64,000 nt of DNA from Somniosus microcephalus (GCA_052327205.1 CM126214.1:31248001-31312000), one strand, 5' to 3'. Shown: positions 37,601 to 51,915, numbered from the stretch's first letter. The notes: a model not told the origin generated them from the sequence alone. Translations and numbers: made by a program.

Positions 37601-39934
37601 AGTACTACGGGACTCATGATACGCAGCATGCAGCATTGTAGGGATGCATGTCCCGACAGTTTGGGCTAATTTCACCTTTTAGTGAATAGATCCCTGGCAT
37701 CAGGGTACCTTCATTTTGGAGCAGTGTCAGCTTCAAGTGATGATGGGGACTATCTGTCCTAATCTTCCCCTTAATAGGGCACCCTCCACCGCACCAGGTA
37801 ACAGTTTAATTCTCCCACCTTCAACCTCTTCCTTGCAGAACCAAGACTTAGCAATATTGAATCTTAGCAGCTCAACATGATGCCACAACTGAGACAGAGA
37901 GCTATACATCGCATAATTCCATGGCACAGTGTTCTGGCGCTCCAAATGTATTGTGCCATTAGAAAATTATTTTACAATTACATCCCCAAATTTACACAGA
38001 AGGCAATTAAGATTTTTCTTCTCATTAAGGGAGTAGTTACAAACCCATGATGCATACATGTCAATAAGTCGCTCAACAGAGGTTATTAAACCACATTGAT
38101 ATAACAAGGTAGAATCAATCCAAGAGAGCTGACAGTGAGTTACAAGGCATTGGTTCTGATCACACCATCAAGTGTGATTGAAACCCGAGTGGTTCTGGAC
38201 TCTCAACAGAGCCTCCAGACTGATGTTATGAATAACATTTATGAATAAATTAAGACTTCCTTGTAGGCAACTCATTTTGTTCCCCTCTCCTTTTACTAAT
38301 GTTAGCAAAAGCCAGTGCAAGCAGAAAGCAAATATGGGTTAATGAAGGAAGATATTTCTAATGTCTTTGTTTTTTTTATAATAATACATATATTAAGTTA
38401 TATAAAACGGCTCATTGTTGGCAGCATGGTGATGCTGCACATCAACGCACTAACCTATGGTGAGGCAGAGCGGGTATTTGTGGGTTAACACCCACAATTG
38501 CTCTCCCCTTCATCCGCTGAGTCACAGAGATATTTTGTTGTGGGGAAGAGCAAAGCAGTGCTGTCACCTTCTAAAGGGCAGAGATATAATCAAAGAGTCA
38601 CCCTGGGCCACTCTACATAGCTCGAGTGACCAGTGTTAAATGGCACTGGTGGAACTCGGGTTGCTCATTTGCTCTCTTGGCCATAGTTGGTGCGTGAAAT
38701 AGAAACAACTAGGTAGATGAATCAAATAGAAAGAAACCTAGAAATTACTGGTTGCAAAATTGGTGTACAGATGCTTAAATATTTTAATGGTGGTCTTCTC
38801 CATTTAAAATAAATGGTTTAATGTTTCAATTAAATGACAGACTGAGAATGTCATATGGACACTCTAAAAATGTATACACTAATACACAAACAATAATTTC
38901 TAGACCATGGCTTACCCCATTGAATGATATGATGATAGAGATTGTGTGATGCAGATGACATGGTACTACAGATGGTAGTTACTTTAGCCTGAAGGTGTCT
39001 GATATAATTTAATTGGTAATGTAGATGTTTGGCTATAGAATGTAAAAAAGAAACTATACATTCTAAAATATTTAATTGTTTGTATAATGCCATGCTTAGC
39101 ATAAGTATAGAATAACAATGAGAATGGAAGCTTACTAAGAATGATTCAAACATTTGTTTCAGATACCCCACATTGTAAAGATTTTTTTTTATTGTAATAA
39201 TTTTTATTGTTGAAATATTTGCTTCATTTAGGATTTTCTTTTTATGTAGAAGTAGCTGGGGTAAGGAGTAGTCTTGCAATATTACACTGAACTTCAGGAT
39301 GTAGTCCCGTGTTAACAGCTGAGGAAAGTTATTGGGAGGGATAGAGAAAGGGATAGGTGGGAAAGTAGACAGGCATCATTTGAGAGGGAGAGACAGTGAA
39401 TGAAGCAGATTGTGAGCTGCAGGAATACGAAGGAAATATGAGGAGAGAGTGTGACTGAGGATATGTAGAGATATGGAAGAGGCTGGTACTTGGGCAAGAC
39501 ATGGAAAAGCTGATGTGGTATTCTTCAAATGATGGAGGTTTACTATGTAATAGTGAAACACCCATATTAGTGACAATAAAAATACTCACCCCAGAGAAAT
39601 AACCCAGAATGATTAAATGCTTCTCAGAAAACAAAAAATTCTATTTATGCCACACTTGGAATAAATAAGTTGTATTTTATAAAGTGACTGAAACTACACC
39701 TGCAACGCCTCCACCAACAGCCAATTCAAGTACACCAGCTGTGCACGACCTCTCTGTGCTCTGCATCAAAGTCCAGGAACAGCACACAATCTGTTCTTGC
39801 ACCCAGAAATAAAATATGCTACTTTTTGCGCCCACTGTTATGCATTCAAAATATCAGTGACAGCAACAGAACACAAATATAACACATTATTAAATAGCAT
39901 CTTATTAGTATGCGCGCGTAAGAAAAGATAACTT

Positions 39935-40155
39935 CCTGTGCCTGCCAGGCCACTAATAACCTTGGAACCAGCTCAGTTACCAGCATCCCCACTAAGGTAC
40001 CGGTCCACTCTGCTCTAACTAAGTTACTATTGTCTCGAACAGGTCACTTGTCATCCCTGGCCCAGTTTAATTTCAACTGTCCCAACCAGGCCACTAGTTA
40101 CCTCTGTCCCATTGCCCAAACTCAATTACAATGTTCCTACCAGGCCACTAGCCAT
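39935..40155 (+). repeat. Degenerate minisatellite
   Basis: CCAGGCCACTA recurs at about 39945, 40086 and 40140, with AGTTAC/TGTCC sub-motifs between. Confidence 0.5.
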
Positions 40156-41589
40156 GTATGAACAAAAACCACTATTTAAAAGAATTGCATTTTAATTTTT
40201 TTAATGTTTACTTATATACGCTCTGTTTCAGAATGCCTAATGCTATACACTATTGGAAGGCCAAGAGGTATGTTTTATCTCAAATTTCTGCCAATGTTAC
40301 TGTTACTGATTGTATCCTGCCACTCAATGTCACCTCACACTGGCATTGCCAAGCTGTATCCTACCAATCTGTTGCAAAGCACACTGGCATCACTGAGGGA
40401 TAACCTATTTATTTTCAAAATTAGACTTAGTGTTGACCTTCATTATGTCTCCTAATATGACTGCTGCTGATTTACATGTCTCCAGCCTGTTTTTGATTTT
40501 CACTTTTCTAAAATTATTTTACTTTTATGCAATACCAGATGTTAGCATTACAAAACTTCAGTTGCTTATATATCTTAATCATTAAACATTTTTTAGATAA
40601 ATTAGGTGCCAGAAGAACCAGCTATCATCTCTATGTGTGAGTTCATCAAAATATTATATAACTTGGGGGACAAACACATGATGTGATTGGCTGAAAACCT
40701 GCCATGTGTTGGAAAATAGTTTCCACTACAGATCACAAAATGACATCAGTGGCAAACGTCTATTGCATTCAAATAAATCATTAATAAAAATAAACAACAT
40801 CCTCAGTTCAAATGTACTCAATGTACTCAAATGGCTCTCCGCCAGTCATTTCCATCTCAGTTCTGATGCTGTGTGATTCCATGTTTTAATCACACTTCTG
40901 CAATTGGGCAGTTTATGCCATATTTTAATGAAGATATTGTTGTGCAGTTGGATAAGTTATACTGGCAGTATTGGTGGCATATTTAAGCACTAATTAATCC
41001 GCTTGTACATACAATAACAGTACAATGAACCCCTGCCAATTATGCTGAAGCCATTTAATAAACATGAAATTGCTCAAAATGATGTAGATTGGTAAATGGA
41101 GGGAAATAATCTTGTTTTATTAGTAAACCACCCAATAGAATTTCTTGTCTCAGGTTTGGGGAGTCACAAGCATGAAGTTGCATCCTACTGCTCTGGCAAA
41201 TCCTCACTAGCCGAGTTACCATTGTGTCTAATACCACTGCCTTGGTACAACTCTGTGTTATGCTACCAAATAATATATCATTTTATTTATTTCTAAAGTC
41301 AGACATGCTGTGCACTCAATATCCATGTATGTTCTAAGATTACAAGCTGTATCTTTGCAGGACGAAATCACTGGCAGCAGAATTTCAGAAGTTCCCAGTC
41401 AGTCGTCACTATTTTTGCTGTGATTTGGTCTTAATTAACACCAGTGATTGGCAGAAACAAGGAAATAGCCACACTGCCCCAATTTCTAAAGGGATCAAGT
41501 ATTAATTAGTGAAGTTTAAATAAACAGTCTCATTATTAGGAACCCTTTTTAAGAAAATCCAGTTAGAGATAATCACTGTGAGTAGCAAA

Positions 41590-41800
41590 GTTGTACAGGC
41601 CAGGAGGGTCCCAGGTTTGATGCCCAGGTGTTCCAAGATAGTGACCCCTGCTGGACGCGCATGTGTATGGCCATCAGGTGAAGATAAGATCAGCCTTGGC
41701 TTTATTGCCTCACCTGGAGTCAATTGGGTTGAGAACACTCAACTTTCAAGACTCCCATATGAATAATGGGCATATTGGTGAGGTATCTATGACACAGTAT
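41590..41800 (+). mobile_element. Old SINE-like repeat
   Basis: B-box-like GGTCCCAGGTTTGATGCC and similarity to the 16110-16445 copy. Confidence 0.4.
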
Positions 41801-41910
41801 TCCTGTAAGGAGTCAATGCTTTCTAGAGAAGAGGAGGATGATGAAAAAAAGGTCAGTTATAAAAAAAAATTGCATCTTTGTCTTCTCTCTTTTGCTTTGA
41901 GGTTTTTTGA

Positions 41911-43167
41911 AAATCAAATCAAATCAAATCAAATCAACTTTTATTGTCATTGTTAGTGCACAAGTGCAGTACAACGAAATGTAGGCTTGCAGCTCCCGAG
42001 AGTGTACATTTGGATTAAGACATTTAAACATTCAACATACATTTGGCTTGTAGTATATTAACATAAATATAACCATAATAAAGTGCATTGGCAGATGTGC
42101 AGGCTTTAGAGTTTATTTGTGGAGTTCAGTAGGATGACAGCCCTGGGAAAGAAGCTGTTCCTAAATCTGGTCGTACGGGTGCGAATGCATCTGTAGCATC
42201 TCCCAGATGGCAGGAGGGCAAACAGACTGTGGCTGGGGTGGGTAGGGTCTTTGATGATGGACCATGACCTCCGTAGACAGCGTTTCTGGTATATGTGCTC
42301 TATGGTCGGTAGCCGGGTGCCGGTAATGCGTTGGGCAGTTTTGACTACCCGCTGCAGGGCTTTCCGGTCATGGTAGCTACAGCTGCCATACCATACTGTG
42401 ATACAGTTTGTCAGGATGCTCTCTATAGTGCAGCGGTAAAAGTTAGAGAGGATCAGGGGTGACAGATTACATCCCTTCAGCCTCCTTAGGAAATACAGGC
42501 GCTGCTGGGCCTTCTTCACCAGAGAGGAGGTATTGAGGGACCAGGAGAGGTCTTCCGTGATGTGGACTCCGAGGAACTTAAAGCTGTCCACCCTTTCCAC
42601 CACAGCCCCATTGATGTGGATGGGGGTGTGACTTCCGCCTTTGGACTTCCTGAAGTCCACAATGATTTCTTTTGTTTTCTTGGTGTTAAGGGCCAGGTTG
42701 TTATCGGCGCACCACTTCACGAGATGCTGGACCTCCTCCCTGTAGGCTGACTCATCGTTGTTGGTGATCTGGCCTACTACCGTGGTGTCATCCGCAAACT
42801 TGATGATGGTGTTGGAACCCTTAACAGCCACACAGTCGTGGGTGAAGAGGGAGTAGAGGAGGGGGCTCAGCACACATCCTTGTGGGGCCCCCGTGTTCAG
42901 GGTCAAGGGGGGGGGGGGAGGTGTGGTTACCTAATTTGACAGACTGGGGTCTGTTTGTTAGGAAGTCCAGGGTCCAGTTGCAGAGGGAAGTGTTCAGGCC
43001 AAGAGTTTGGAGTTTGGTGGCCAGCTTGTTGGGGACGATAGTGTTGAATGCTGAGCTGTAGTCTATGAACAGCATTCTGATGTAGGTCTCCTTACCATCT
43101 AGGTGATTCAGTGCCGAGTGTAGAGCAGTTGTGATTGCATCCTCCGTTGATCTGTTTGCACGATAGC
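41911..43167 (-). mobile_element. Rex1/Babar LINE, 5'-truncated, well preserved
   Basis: [59 protein letters not shown] and FYRCTIESILT. One frameshift at the G-run 42907-42918. (GATTT)n tail at 41911-41937. Confidence 0.93.
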
Positions 43168-46100
43168 ATTGTTATTCAAACTGTGAAACTTGACAACATA
43201 ACTGGAGAATTGGCTTGGAGAAATCACTAAGCATGTGAGGAAGCCTAAACACCCCACACTTATGACAGTAACCCCTCATTTACAGAAAGACCCTAAAGCT
43301 ATATTCTGAACTTGATGCATTTTATTTATATTCTGGGGCAGTTCCATCATGCCCAAGAGGCATCCAATAGATAACTGCATATGCTCTTAGTGCCCTGTCC
43401 TCCTACTTAGTAATTTGTCCCACTTACCATTTCTGTGCCCTCTTGTACTGGCAGTTTAAAATTAGAACTAAGGGAGCCATTTAATATTGGCAGCAATCTG
43501 CATGCCACTGATTGGCCAAAGGGTAGGAGCTACCTGTTGGGTGGGTCTGGTTTGATCTAGGTACTGTTGAAAGTGGATGGCTTGGATTGTTTAATGTGCA
43601 AAAGACATCCAGATTTGCAGATGTATCCAGCCTCTTTTTGTTGTTTCAAATTCACTTGATCTCCACTCATCTCCTTTACCCTATTGGGTTTGCCATCTCC
43701 TCCAAAGCTGTTTAAACAAAAGTTTAGAAAAAAAACTTCAGAAATACAAAAATATTAATCTTAACAATTCTTACAGTTTAATTTGTAAAAGGGCTGACAG
43801 TGTTTACTCTTTAACGGTGACCCGAGTTTTAAAAAAAATATTCTTACCAGTAGCAGTGCATAAACACGTTACACCCATGATGATGTGCATGAATTACAGC
43901 CAGCACAAAATGAAAGACAACTTACTGAAACACACATGATGGTGTTTGTGCAGAGTTGCAGTTCCTCTGTCTACAAAACTCTCTGGCTGGATTGTCTGCA
44001 GCTGTTCTGTACGTACTGCCTGCTCTCGATTGGATAGCTGCAGTGGTACTAGTAACTGTAGGAAGCAGTATAGGGTGGATATAGTAGGGAAAGTAGGAAT
44101 AATGCTATTTGCTGAATGGGGGAAGAGAATACCTCTAAATTGATCCCAGCATGAAACTTGTCTTAGAGGCGAGTTTCTTGAAGCCAGAACCAAGTCAGGT
44201 ACATAATTTACATTTACACTGGCAGTTACAGGTTGGATTTGGCTTTGATCTGACTTGTGATTGTCAGAATAACTGGGGCCTTATTCTTTCCTAAATCCCA
44301 ATTTTCACAACAACTCTATGGTATTTCCCTTATTGGCTCAGCACTCCAGGTAGCTCAAACTTGAAAATACATAGGGATTCTCTTGGCTTTCAATACTCAT
44401 ATTGAAAGAATTCAGAGCAGTGTCATACTTTTGCTGGGATAGTCCCAGTGAATAATGTCAGCTTTGTTGCTGAGCACAGGAGCTGTAATTCAAGCTCCAC
44501 ACTGAAAACCTGCCAGGCGGGAAGCTGGAAGAAGTGGAGATTCAGGAAGGGTGAGTCCTCCTCGTCAGTTTTTACTAACACGACTATGCCCATCTCCAAT
44601 CTGCAGATTAATAGATTTAGGTATGTCATAGGATTATTGGCAAGGTGCTGAAATGGCTACATGTGTAAAATCGATGACCATACCCAAGGGATGCCAGCAG
44701 GGATGTATTTGAAGTAGGTATGGCAAAACAGGACTTAAATCAATGAAGCAATGTGGCTGACCTCTGTGATGTTGCCTATGAGTGCCTGGAAGGATCATGT
44801 GACATAAAGGTTCAGGACAGTGATGACTTTCACTGCCATTGGTAGCACAATGTGAATGATTTATTATCCTTTCAAGCCTTTGTGGGCCAGTTAGTACCCC
44901 TCAGTCACACATGCTGCCGAGTATGAGCATGAGCCTTCTAATGCACTACTCCTCTGTCATGGCCAGATGATTATGTAGCCGAAGATCAACTGTCTGAGGT
45001 AGTTTGTTCTGTGAGGCATGTGCCTCATATTCCCTCTGTGCTCATGGGTCACTCCTCCTACTGCACAAAAAGCTACCCAGCATTGTCTGCTGCATCAATG
45101 CTATTCACTGCCATCAGTGCTATGGTGACATCTCAAAATCTTGTCCTTTGTACAACTGATTACAGCCAGGTGTGACCTAGAGTCAATGCTCAGTTTTCCT
45201 TTACATCCTCCCCTTGCATAATTCGCTAAGAGTTTCTCATGATTGGCTTTAAACAAGATCATAACAAGCAAAATGCTATTTTCCTTTTATAATATTGCTG
45301 AACCCATTTTTGAACAGGAAACATTCTTAGAGCAGAGCTAAACATAGAATATTTTGTTTACACTTTCAACTGGTATATTATAAAACTATTTATACATGTC
45401 TATTTCTTCCAGTAAAATGAGCAAATAGAGGAAAATATGATCCTAGATTTCCAAGGGCCAGACAGGCATATATTTAACACAAGGCTACATACGACCTCCC
45501 CCTATATGAGCAAATGATCTTGGATTGAACAGATAAACTACCACCATAGACCTGCATATTTCCCTCTCTATTATACTTCTAGGGATTGGATGAATGTTTT
45601 ATTATTACAAGGCCACATTAAGATCAGATAGGTGTATTCCAGCCACAAGGACTCGTACATCTGCTCCATGACAGACTTTCATTTTATTTATTGTTTTCAT
45701 TTTTACGTTGGTTCTAATGGCAGCTACTTGGCCAGCATGTGCCAATGATGTTTGGCAGACTCATGGCAGGATATTCTAACTTTACTGTACACAGAAGTCA
45801 CTTTGTCCCTCCATATGCGGACAGTAGCATTCAAGAAAAAAAGAAACAAGATTCGCGAACCATAACTGGACAAGAAAAACTAACCTGAACTCCCCAAATT
45901 GGATCCCTTCACGTGTGGAATTCAATCTGATGCTCATTCCTAGAAGTTGCACTGAGATTTTGCAGCTTCTAGAGATATGTTGCAAATATAGGTTTTTACT
46001 ATTTCAAATTATGCTTGATCGAGTATGAGTAGGAAAGGCTTGTAATATGTAATTTACATGCCAGGTGTGGATTCACATTACATGTAGCTAATACAGACTC

Positions 46101-47189
46101 AGTCTTGTTGCTGCAAAGGGCAGTATCTTTAATTTCAGCAAATAGGCTACTGCAATCAATAGCAGAGAATGCAGAAGGCTTCTTCCTGTACACAATGGGA
46201 AATAGGACACGTCGAGTGCAAACTTGTACCATGACACTATGAACAGACTAGAACAATCTGGCCTACTATAATCCAGCATAGGACAGGATACACAATTCAG
46301 TAATGAAGGGCTGTTTACATAGTCGTAGTGTGGTGGTACACATATTGCCACACCAAACCAGATTCAGGGTCTCCCAAATGCCAAGTTTCCAGTCTCAACC
46401 AAGTCATTAGTGACAGTGCCAAGCAGAGGCAACTGGTGGGAAAACCGACGGATGTTCCCAATTGGTTGCACTCGTCAGTCCCTTTACCAGTTGACCACAG
46501 AGTGGCAAGTGGCACAACCTGGGAACCTATCTGCAGTTGACCATTTGTCTTGTCAAGGGAGCCCAGAAGGTTACAAAAGAGGAGAGAATAGAAATAAATT
46601 TAAATGACAAATTAAGGAAAAAGACAAAGACTGTTTTGTAGAAAATACTTGAATCTATTTTCTCAAGATGGGAGTTTTCACTACAGAATGAATCCACATC
46701 AGCATCTTTGTAATGTTTACGTAGCTCTCATTAATTCCCAACATCTGCTAGTCAAGTACTAAATGGAATTAGCAGGTAGCATATAGACAGAGGTTTCTGA
46801 AAACAAGGCACCATAAAATATTTTCACAAACACAGTAAACATATTCCTGCATTTATAAATCTGCTATCTCTAAAGTAGCCGAACAATTGTCTCCTTTGTG
46901 ATTTCTACCCACTGTTCTAAATTTCACTCTAACCAATGCTGTACTGTTTCCCAAATTATTAATTAACTGAAGGAAAATGTCTCTGCTGTTTGCAAGAAAA
47001 CATGAGAAGACAAAGTGAAATAAAATCCAGTCCCCATCAGATTAATGCCACAGGCATGGAAAGATTGTAGCACAGATGCTGTAAACAATGAAACAGACAA
47101 TGAAATTACTGTAGTAAATGGTAAAACAGGTTCGAGAGCTTGCCAAATCCTAGGGGTTGAAAAAATAGAAGGAAGGAGCAGACATTATT

Positions 47190-47941
47190 GGCCTGGAATT
47201 TGCGGTTGAAATGATGGCAAAACTGTAAGCATTCACCGCCATTACTGTGTAAAACTGACAACAACTTCTGGCGTCTGTACATGTGCAGTCAAACTCGGAA
47301 ATCCGGAAGATGTTGTCAGTGATACTCTGCTCCTCCACAGGGTGCGCTGTTGCAGTCTTCGCCCATGCAATTAACACAGAATCAGTGATTTGACGTGAAC
47401 TTCAAGTTTTTACACACTATTCTTGTTGTAAAACCATCGAAAAAGTTAAGCCTTGTTGAATGAGGTGTAACTGCGTTTTTAATGGCATACTATGTCATAA
47501 TTACTGCTGAACAACCTTTCTGGCCCTAATTTTTTTTTATAAGTGCGGAGTGTCATTCCTGCCATTGCATGATAAAAATTCTATAGATTTTTAAAATATT
47601 AAAAAATAATTTCTATTTTAATTTTTAAAAGTTTGGTAATGATACTTCAGCTTCTACCTTAATCCCATGTGTATACCCCAATCTTTATTTTGCTCTTTGT
47701 AAAATGATTAAAAAATGAATGATAATCAGTGCTTTTTACTTCCAGGTTTGCTGTCTATGAGAATTCTTCAATTTGATTGGCTGCTCAGCCTGCTTGATGA
47801 CTTCACTGTTCCTGGACACCACAGACTGACATCAGAATAGGGGAAATTTACATCACAGAGCCCGCTAAATCTTTGTGGGTAACTTTCTTTGAGGTCAGCG
47901 GCGAGTGCCGTCCCATCACCGCTGACCACAAAATCCGGGCC
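47190..47941. mobile_element. Harbinger-type non-autonomous DNA transposon
   Basis: ATT|GGCCTGGAATTTGCGGT ... ACCACAAAATCCGGGCC|ATT, i.e. about 17-bp imperfect TIRs with a perfect ATT TSD. Confidence 0.75.
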
Positions 47942-48811
47942 ATTGAGTACAGTGCTTTCCAGAAACAAACCAAAAGAATCAAATGAGTTATATGCTTCAG
48001 CACTTAGACAAAAACACTACAGTGCAAGACCTCTGCAATGAAACAAGATATACAAGTTATTTTGTTTTAAAATGAAAACGTACAGCAATCCAGAAGAATC
48101 TAATGGTGATCAAAGATTTCTTCAGTTATTTTGCCTGTGAGTTTCAGTAACATTTTAATTGTGCAAAATGATTTATATTCTGGCTGAAGTCCTGGCCAGT
48201 ATTGAAGTTTTTAATTACCCTGGAGTACCAAGATCAGTCTTCGCGATCAAGAAGAATGGGTTCCCTGCTCGCCACAACAGTTGGCTGAGAGCACCCAGGA
48301 CACCTGACATCATGGGGTGAAATTCCTTTTGGTGCACAGAAGGAGTCATTGGGAGTTAAATTGCTTACTCAATTTTCCTAGTGTATTGGCAGGAATGCAC
48401 AACTTTATCTGGTAAGCTTTCTGGATGCTCAGGTGTGCTAAAAGTAATGCACCATTGCATGTCAAATTTGAAAGTACCTGCAATAGTGTTGCTTAGCAGG
48501 CTTGATAGTCACTTATCCATACAGATAGAATATTATGGGCCAATCCAGTGAGAAATGCAGGAACACTGCAGACAGCAGAAACCATGATTTATGATTTAGA
48601 GAAAAAGATTTGCAATTCATAATTGATGATGTGGGAGCAAGGAGAACGGCTATGCTCAGTGTAGAGAGGCATTCCATCAATAACGAGAGGGTGAAACAGC
48701 CATGGAAGACCATTCCACTGGCCATGAATGTGAGGTCACATGCCCCCACTTAAACTGAACAGACATCCAAAGGATAATGGAGAAAGTGCCAAGGTGTGCA
48801 ATGAGGCTGAA

Positions 48812-49232
48812 TCACAGAATTTTACAGCACAGAAAGAGGCCATTTAATCCGTTACCTTTGGCAGTTTTCAGAAAAAGCTATGTTCCAGCAACCCTCTACA
48901 TAAAAGAAATTCTGCTAATCTCTCACTTTGTTTTTTGATGAGGATCTTAAATTTATGCCTCTAGTTAAGATTCACCAACCAGTGGAAATAGTTATTATTT
49001 ATTTACCTTATAAAAACCCTTCATAATTTTAAACACCTGTATCAGATCTTCTCTTAACCGCTGTTCTAATTAAAAGAATGCCAGTTGCTCTCATCATGCC
49101 TCATGATTAAAGCCTCTCATCCTTGGGATCATCTTAGTGAATCTCTTCTACACACTCTCCATGGCCTTGACATCATTCCTAAGTAGGGTTCCCATCTCTG
49201 TACTCAATATTCTAATTGCAGCCTAACCAATG
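48812..49232 (-). mobile_element. Degenerate CR1 LINE 3' end
   Basis: Reverse CR1 tail (ACAGCACAGAAAGAGGCCATT) and decayed DLIQVFKIMKG and LVRLQLEY. Confidence 0.75.
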
Positions 49233-50904
49233 TTTGGAAAATAGGGTGGGGTTGCACAGTTGTGGATTATGTGGTCAGAGTCTATGGAGGGATGATCCGA
49301 TTTGACAGCTTAGGTAAAATTCAGATCGGGGAAAGCGGAAGCAAACCAGGATTAAAATAGTTATAGGATATAAAAATAGGAGGAAAAAGTGAGCCCTGAG
49401 GAAAATAGATGCCGATTGTGGATGGTCAGTGGGCCATGTTGTGGGTCCTGTGTGGGAAAAGTGGAGTGGTCACAAAAAAAATAAGCAGGTTGTGAAAGTG
49501 AAATAAAAACAAACTGCAGAAAAATGAAAAATAGGAAAGGGATCAAAAATGAAATTGGATCTGTTCGCATTTGTGCAACAGAATGCTCGGCTAGCAAAAA
49601 CTGGGCTAGAAAGCCAAGGACTAGTGGCCATCGTATCGGATTTAGGTGGTAACTACACCCAACGATTCTCAAGCAAACAGGCCTTTTTGAAAAAATATTA
49701 ATGAAGACACTCAAAGATGCAAAAGGCAATTTAACCATGATAATGTAAGATATGTAATTTTTTATGTTTCTATTATGTTAGAAACCTTATTTTGAGACAT
49801 GGATATTTGGGTTTGAAAGAAAAAGAATGGTGGATGAAAGTGTTGAAAGAACACATTGATTTGATTGGTTAAGGTTCAGGTTTAGTAGATTTTCATGAAT
49901 CAACAGATTTACAGGTAATTCTGGATAGTCAAGAGTTGTGACTTTTTTTGTTTCAATCATTTAGAAAGTGTGACATTAGAGAGTGATGCCAGAGCATAAA
50001 GCAGTAAATGTGATGCTGGAATATCATGGAAAGGAACCGTTCTTTATTGTACTGTTTTAAAAATATTACGGGTGATCTCTATACCATGACACAGGAAGTT
50101 GGAGGATATGGTGTTTTATAAGGCAGTGGATATTCTGTGGCATTGTACAGTATGCGAAAGGTATTGTTTTGGGAGGGGTAGCTTTGGGTTTGTAAAGATT
50201 TGGAAGTGGTTATGGGAGCAGTTAAAAGAGCTTCGAAGTGAGGATTGTGTGAGAGTGAGTAGTTGCAGAGGAAAGCACTGAAGGTTTGAGGGGATAGTGG
50301 GTATTTTGGAGTAGAAGTGTGAAGAGGCAGTGTGTAGTCAAGGAGAGGTAGAGAGCATTGGGGTGAGGATTTGGGGGTAAAAAGGAAATGCAGTATTTGA
50401 GGGATTGATGGGTAATAGGAAGTGGGAGGAGCATAGGAATGGGTGGTCTCAGAGTGAAGGATTGGAAATAGATAAAGGAGAAGGACAGGAACAAGGAATG
50501 GGTGGAGCAGAAGAAGGAAATAGCAGCTGGATTTGTTGGCAGTAATTGATGCAGGAAACAGAAAATTCAGTGATGGTCTTGAATGATCAGAGAGAGACAT
50601 ATAGAATGAAAGAAAAAGAGGGGAGGGAGTGTGGCAGCGAGCTGTGAAGTCAGGAATTGGCCAATTTAGCAATGGACTTGGAGGAGCAGAGGTAGATGTG
50701 GTAGGCAGTGGCATTGGAGGCTGTAGCAGTAAAGGCTGATGTGTCAAACAGATAGTTTGGAGAATGGTGAAGTAGTAGGAAGGGGATAAGGGCAGGGTTG
50801 GAAGCAGCAGGCTGAGGAGGCTGCAGTCAGCAGGAGCAATCCAGTGGAGAGAGAAATGGCGGCTTCAGTAGGAAGGTCAGGTGAGTATCATTTAAAATGT
50901 GGAA

Positions 50905-51915
50905 GTCATTGGCAAGGCTGAGATTTATTGCCCATCCCTAATTGCACTGAGAAGGCGGTGGACCTTCTTCTTGAACTGCTGCAATTTTTAAAAACTTTTA
51001 ACTGTAGGCCACTTCAGGGGCCAATTAAGAGTCAACTACATTGGTGTGGGACTGAAAGCTAACACAGGCCATTAATGAACCAGTTGTGTTTTTATGACAA
51101 TCCGCCTGATACGTTTACTGATTTCAGCTATTTTATACATTTCCAGGTTTATTTATTTAGTCTCAAATCAATCTTTCAAACTGCCATGGTGAGATTTGAA
51201 TGCACGTTCTCTGGATTACATAGAATTACAAAGAATATACAGCACAGAAACAGGCCATTCGGCCCAACAGGTCCATGCCCCACATGAGCCTCCTCCCTCC
51301 CCTCTTCATCTCACACTATCAATATATCCTTCTATTCCTTTCTCCCTCATGTGTTTATCCAGCTTCCCCTTAAATGAATCTATGCTATTCGCCTCACTTA
51401 CCCCCTGTGGTAGTGAGTTCCACATTCTAACCACTCTCTGGGTAAAGAAGTTCCTGCTGAATTTCTTATTGTGATTATCTTACATTTATGGCCCCTAGTT
51501 TTTGGTTTCTCCCACAAGTGGAAACATTGGGGGGAATTTTCACAGGAAAAAAACAGGTGGGTTAGAGGTGGGGGGTGGGGTAAGTGAAAGTTGGAAAATT
51601 CTAAAACCCGATCCCAACCCCAACCCTCCCCTCCCCACTCCCCGGGCTTGCTCCCCCACCTCACCTGAACCCGGCACTTAACTGTTGCTGCAGTGTCCCA
51701 CCTGCATTCCCCACCCGATCAATCAGGCTGACTTCCGGGTGGGGAACCTACCCATTACGCCACACACACGCTGTCGGTTAAAACTCCACAGCTTCCCGCC
51801 GTCCCCCCCGCCCCAGACCGTGCGGGTGAGAAATGGGAAAATCCCGGTCATTGCCTCTACATCTACCCTGTCAAATCCTTTCATAATCTTAAAGTTTATT
51901 AGTCCAGACCTCTGA
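50905..51915 (-). mobile_element. tRNA-SINE interrupted by a CR1 3' end (51220-51895), itself interrupted by a MITE
   Basis: Reverse of the 61644 SINE (TTTATTGCCCATCCCTAATTGC, TTAAGAGTCAAC, CTGCCATGGTGAGATTTGAA). CR1 coding FFTQRVVRMWNSLP lies on the minus strand. SINE-like AGTCCAG resumes at about 51900. Confidence 0.75.
51529..51849. mobile_element. Harbinger-type MITE inserted in CR1
   Basis: ATT|GGGGGGAATTTTC ... GAAAATCCCGGTC|ATT. Removing it restores the CR1 sequence GGAAACATT-GCCTCTACATCTACC. Confidence 0.7.

Noticed and set aside
43848-43890. Minus-strand ATG...CTG|GTAAGA as another coding NFI first exon
   Set aside because: The available ATGs reach the donor in phase 1 or 2, not the phase 0 needed to join exon 2.
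26900-46600. NFI autoregulatory sites TTGGC-N5-GCCAA
   Set aside because: By eye I found only half-sites or wrong spacings (e.g. about 31093, 40340, 45728). A PWM scan would be needed.
50079-50747. 222-aa Pro/Ser/Leu-rich ORF
   Set aside because: Explained by strand compositional skew; no recognisable domain.
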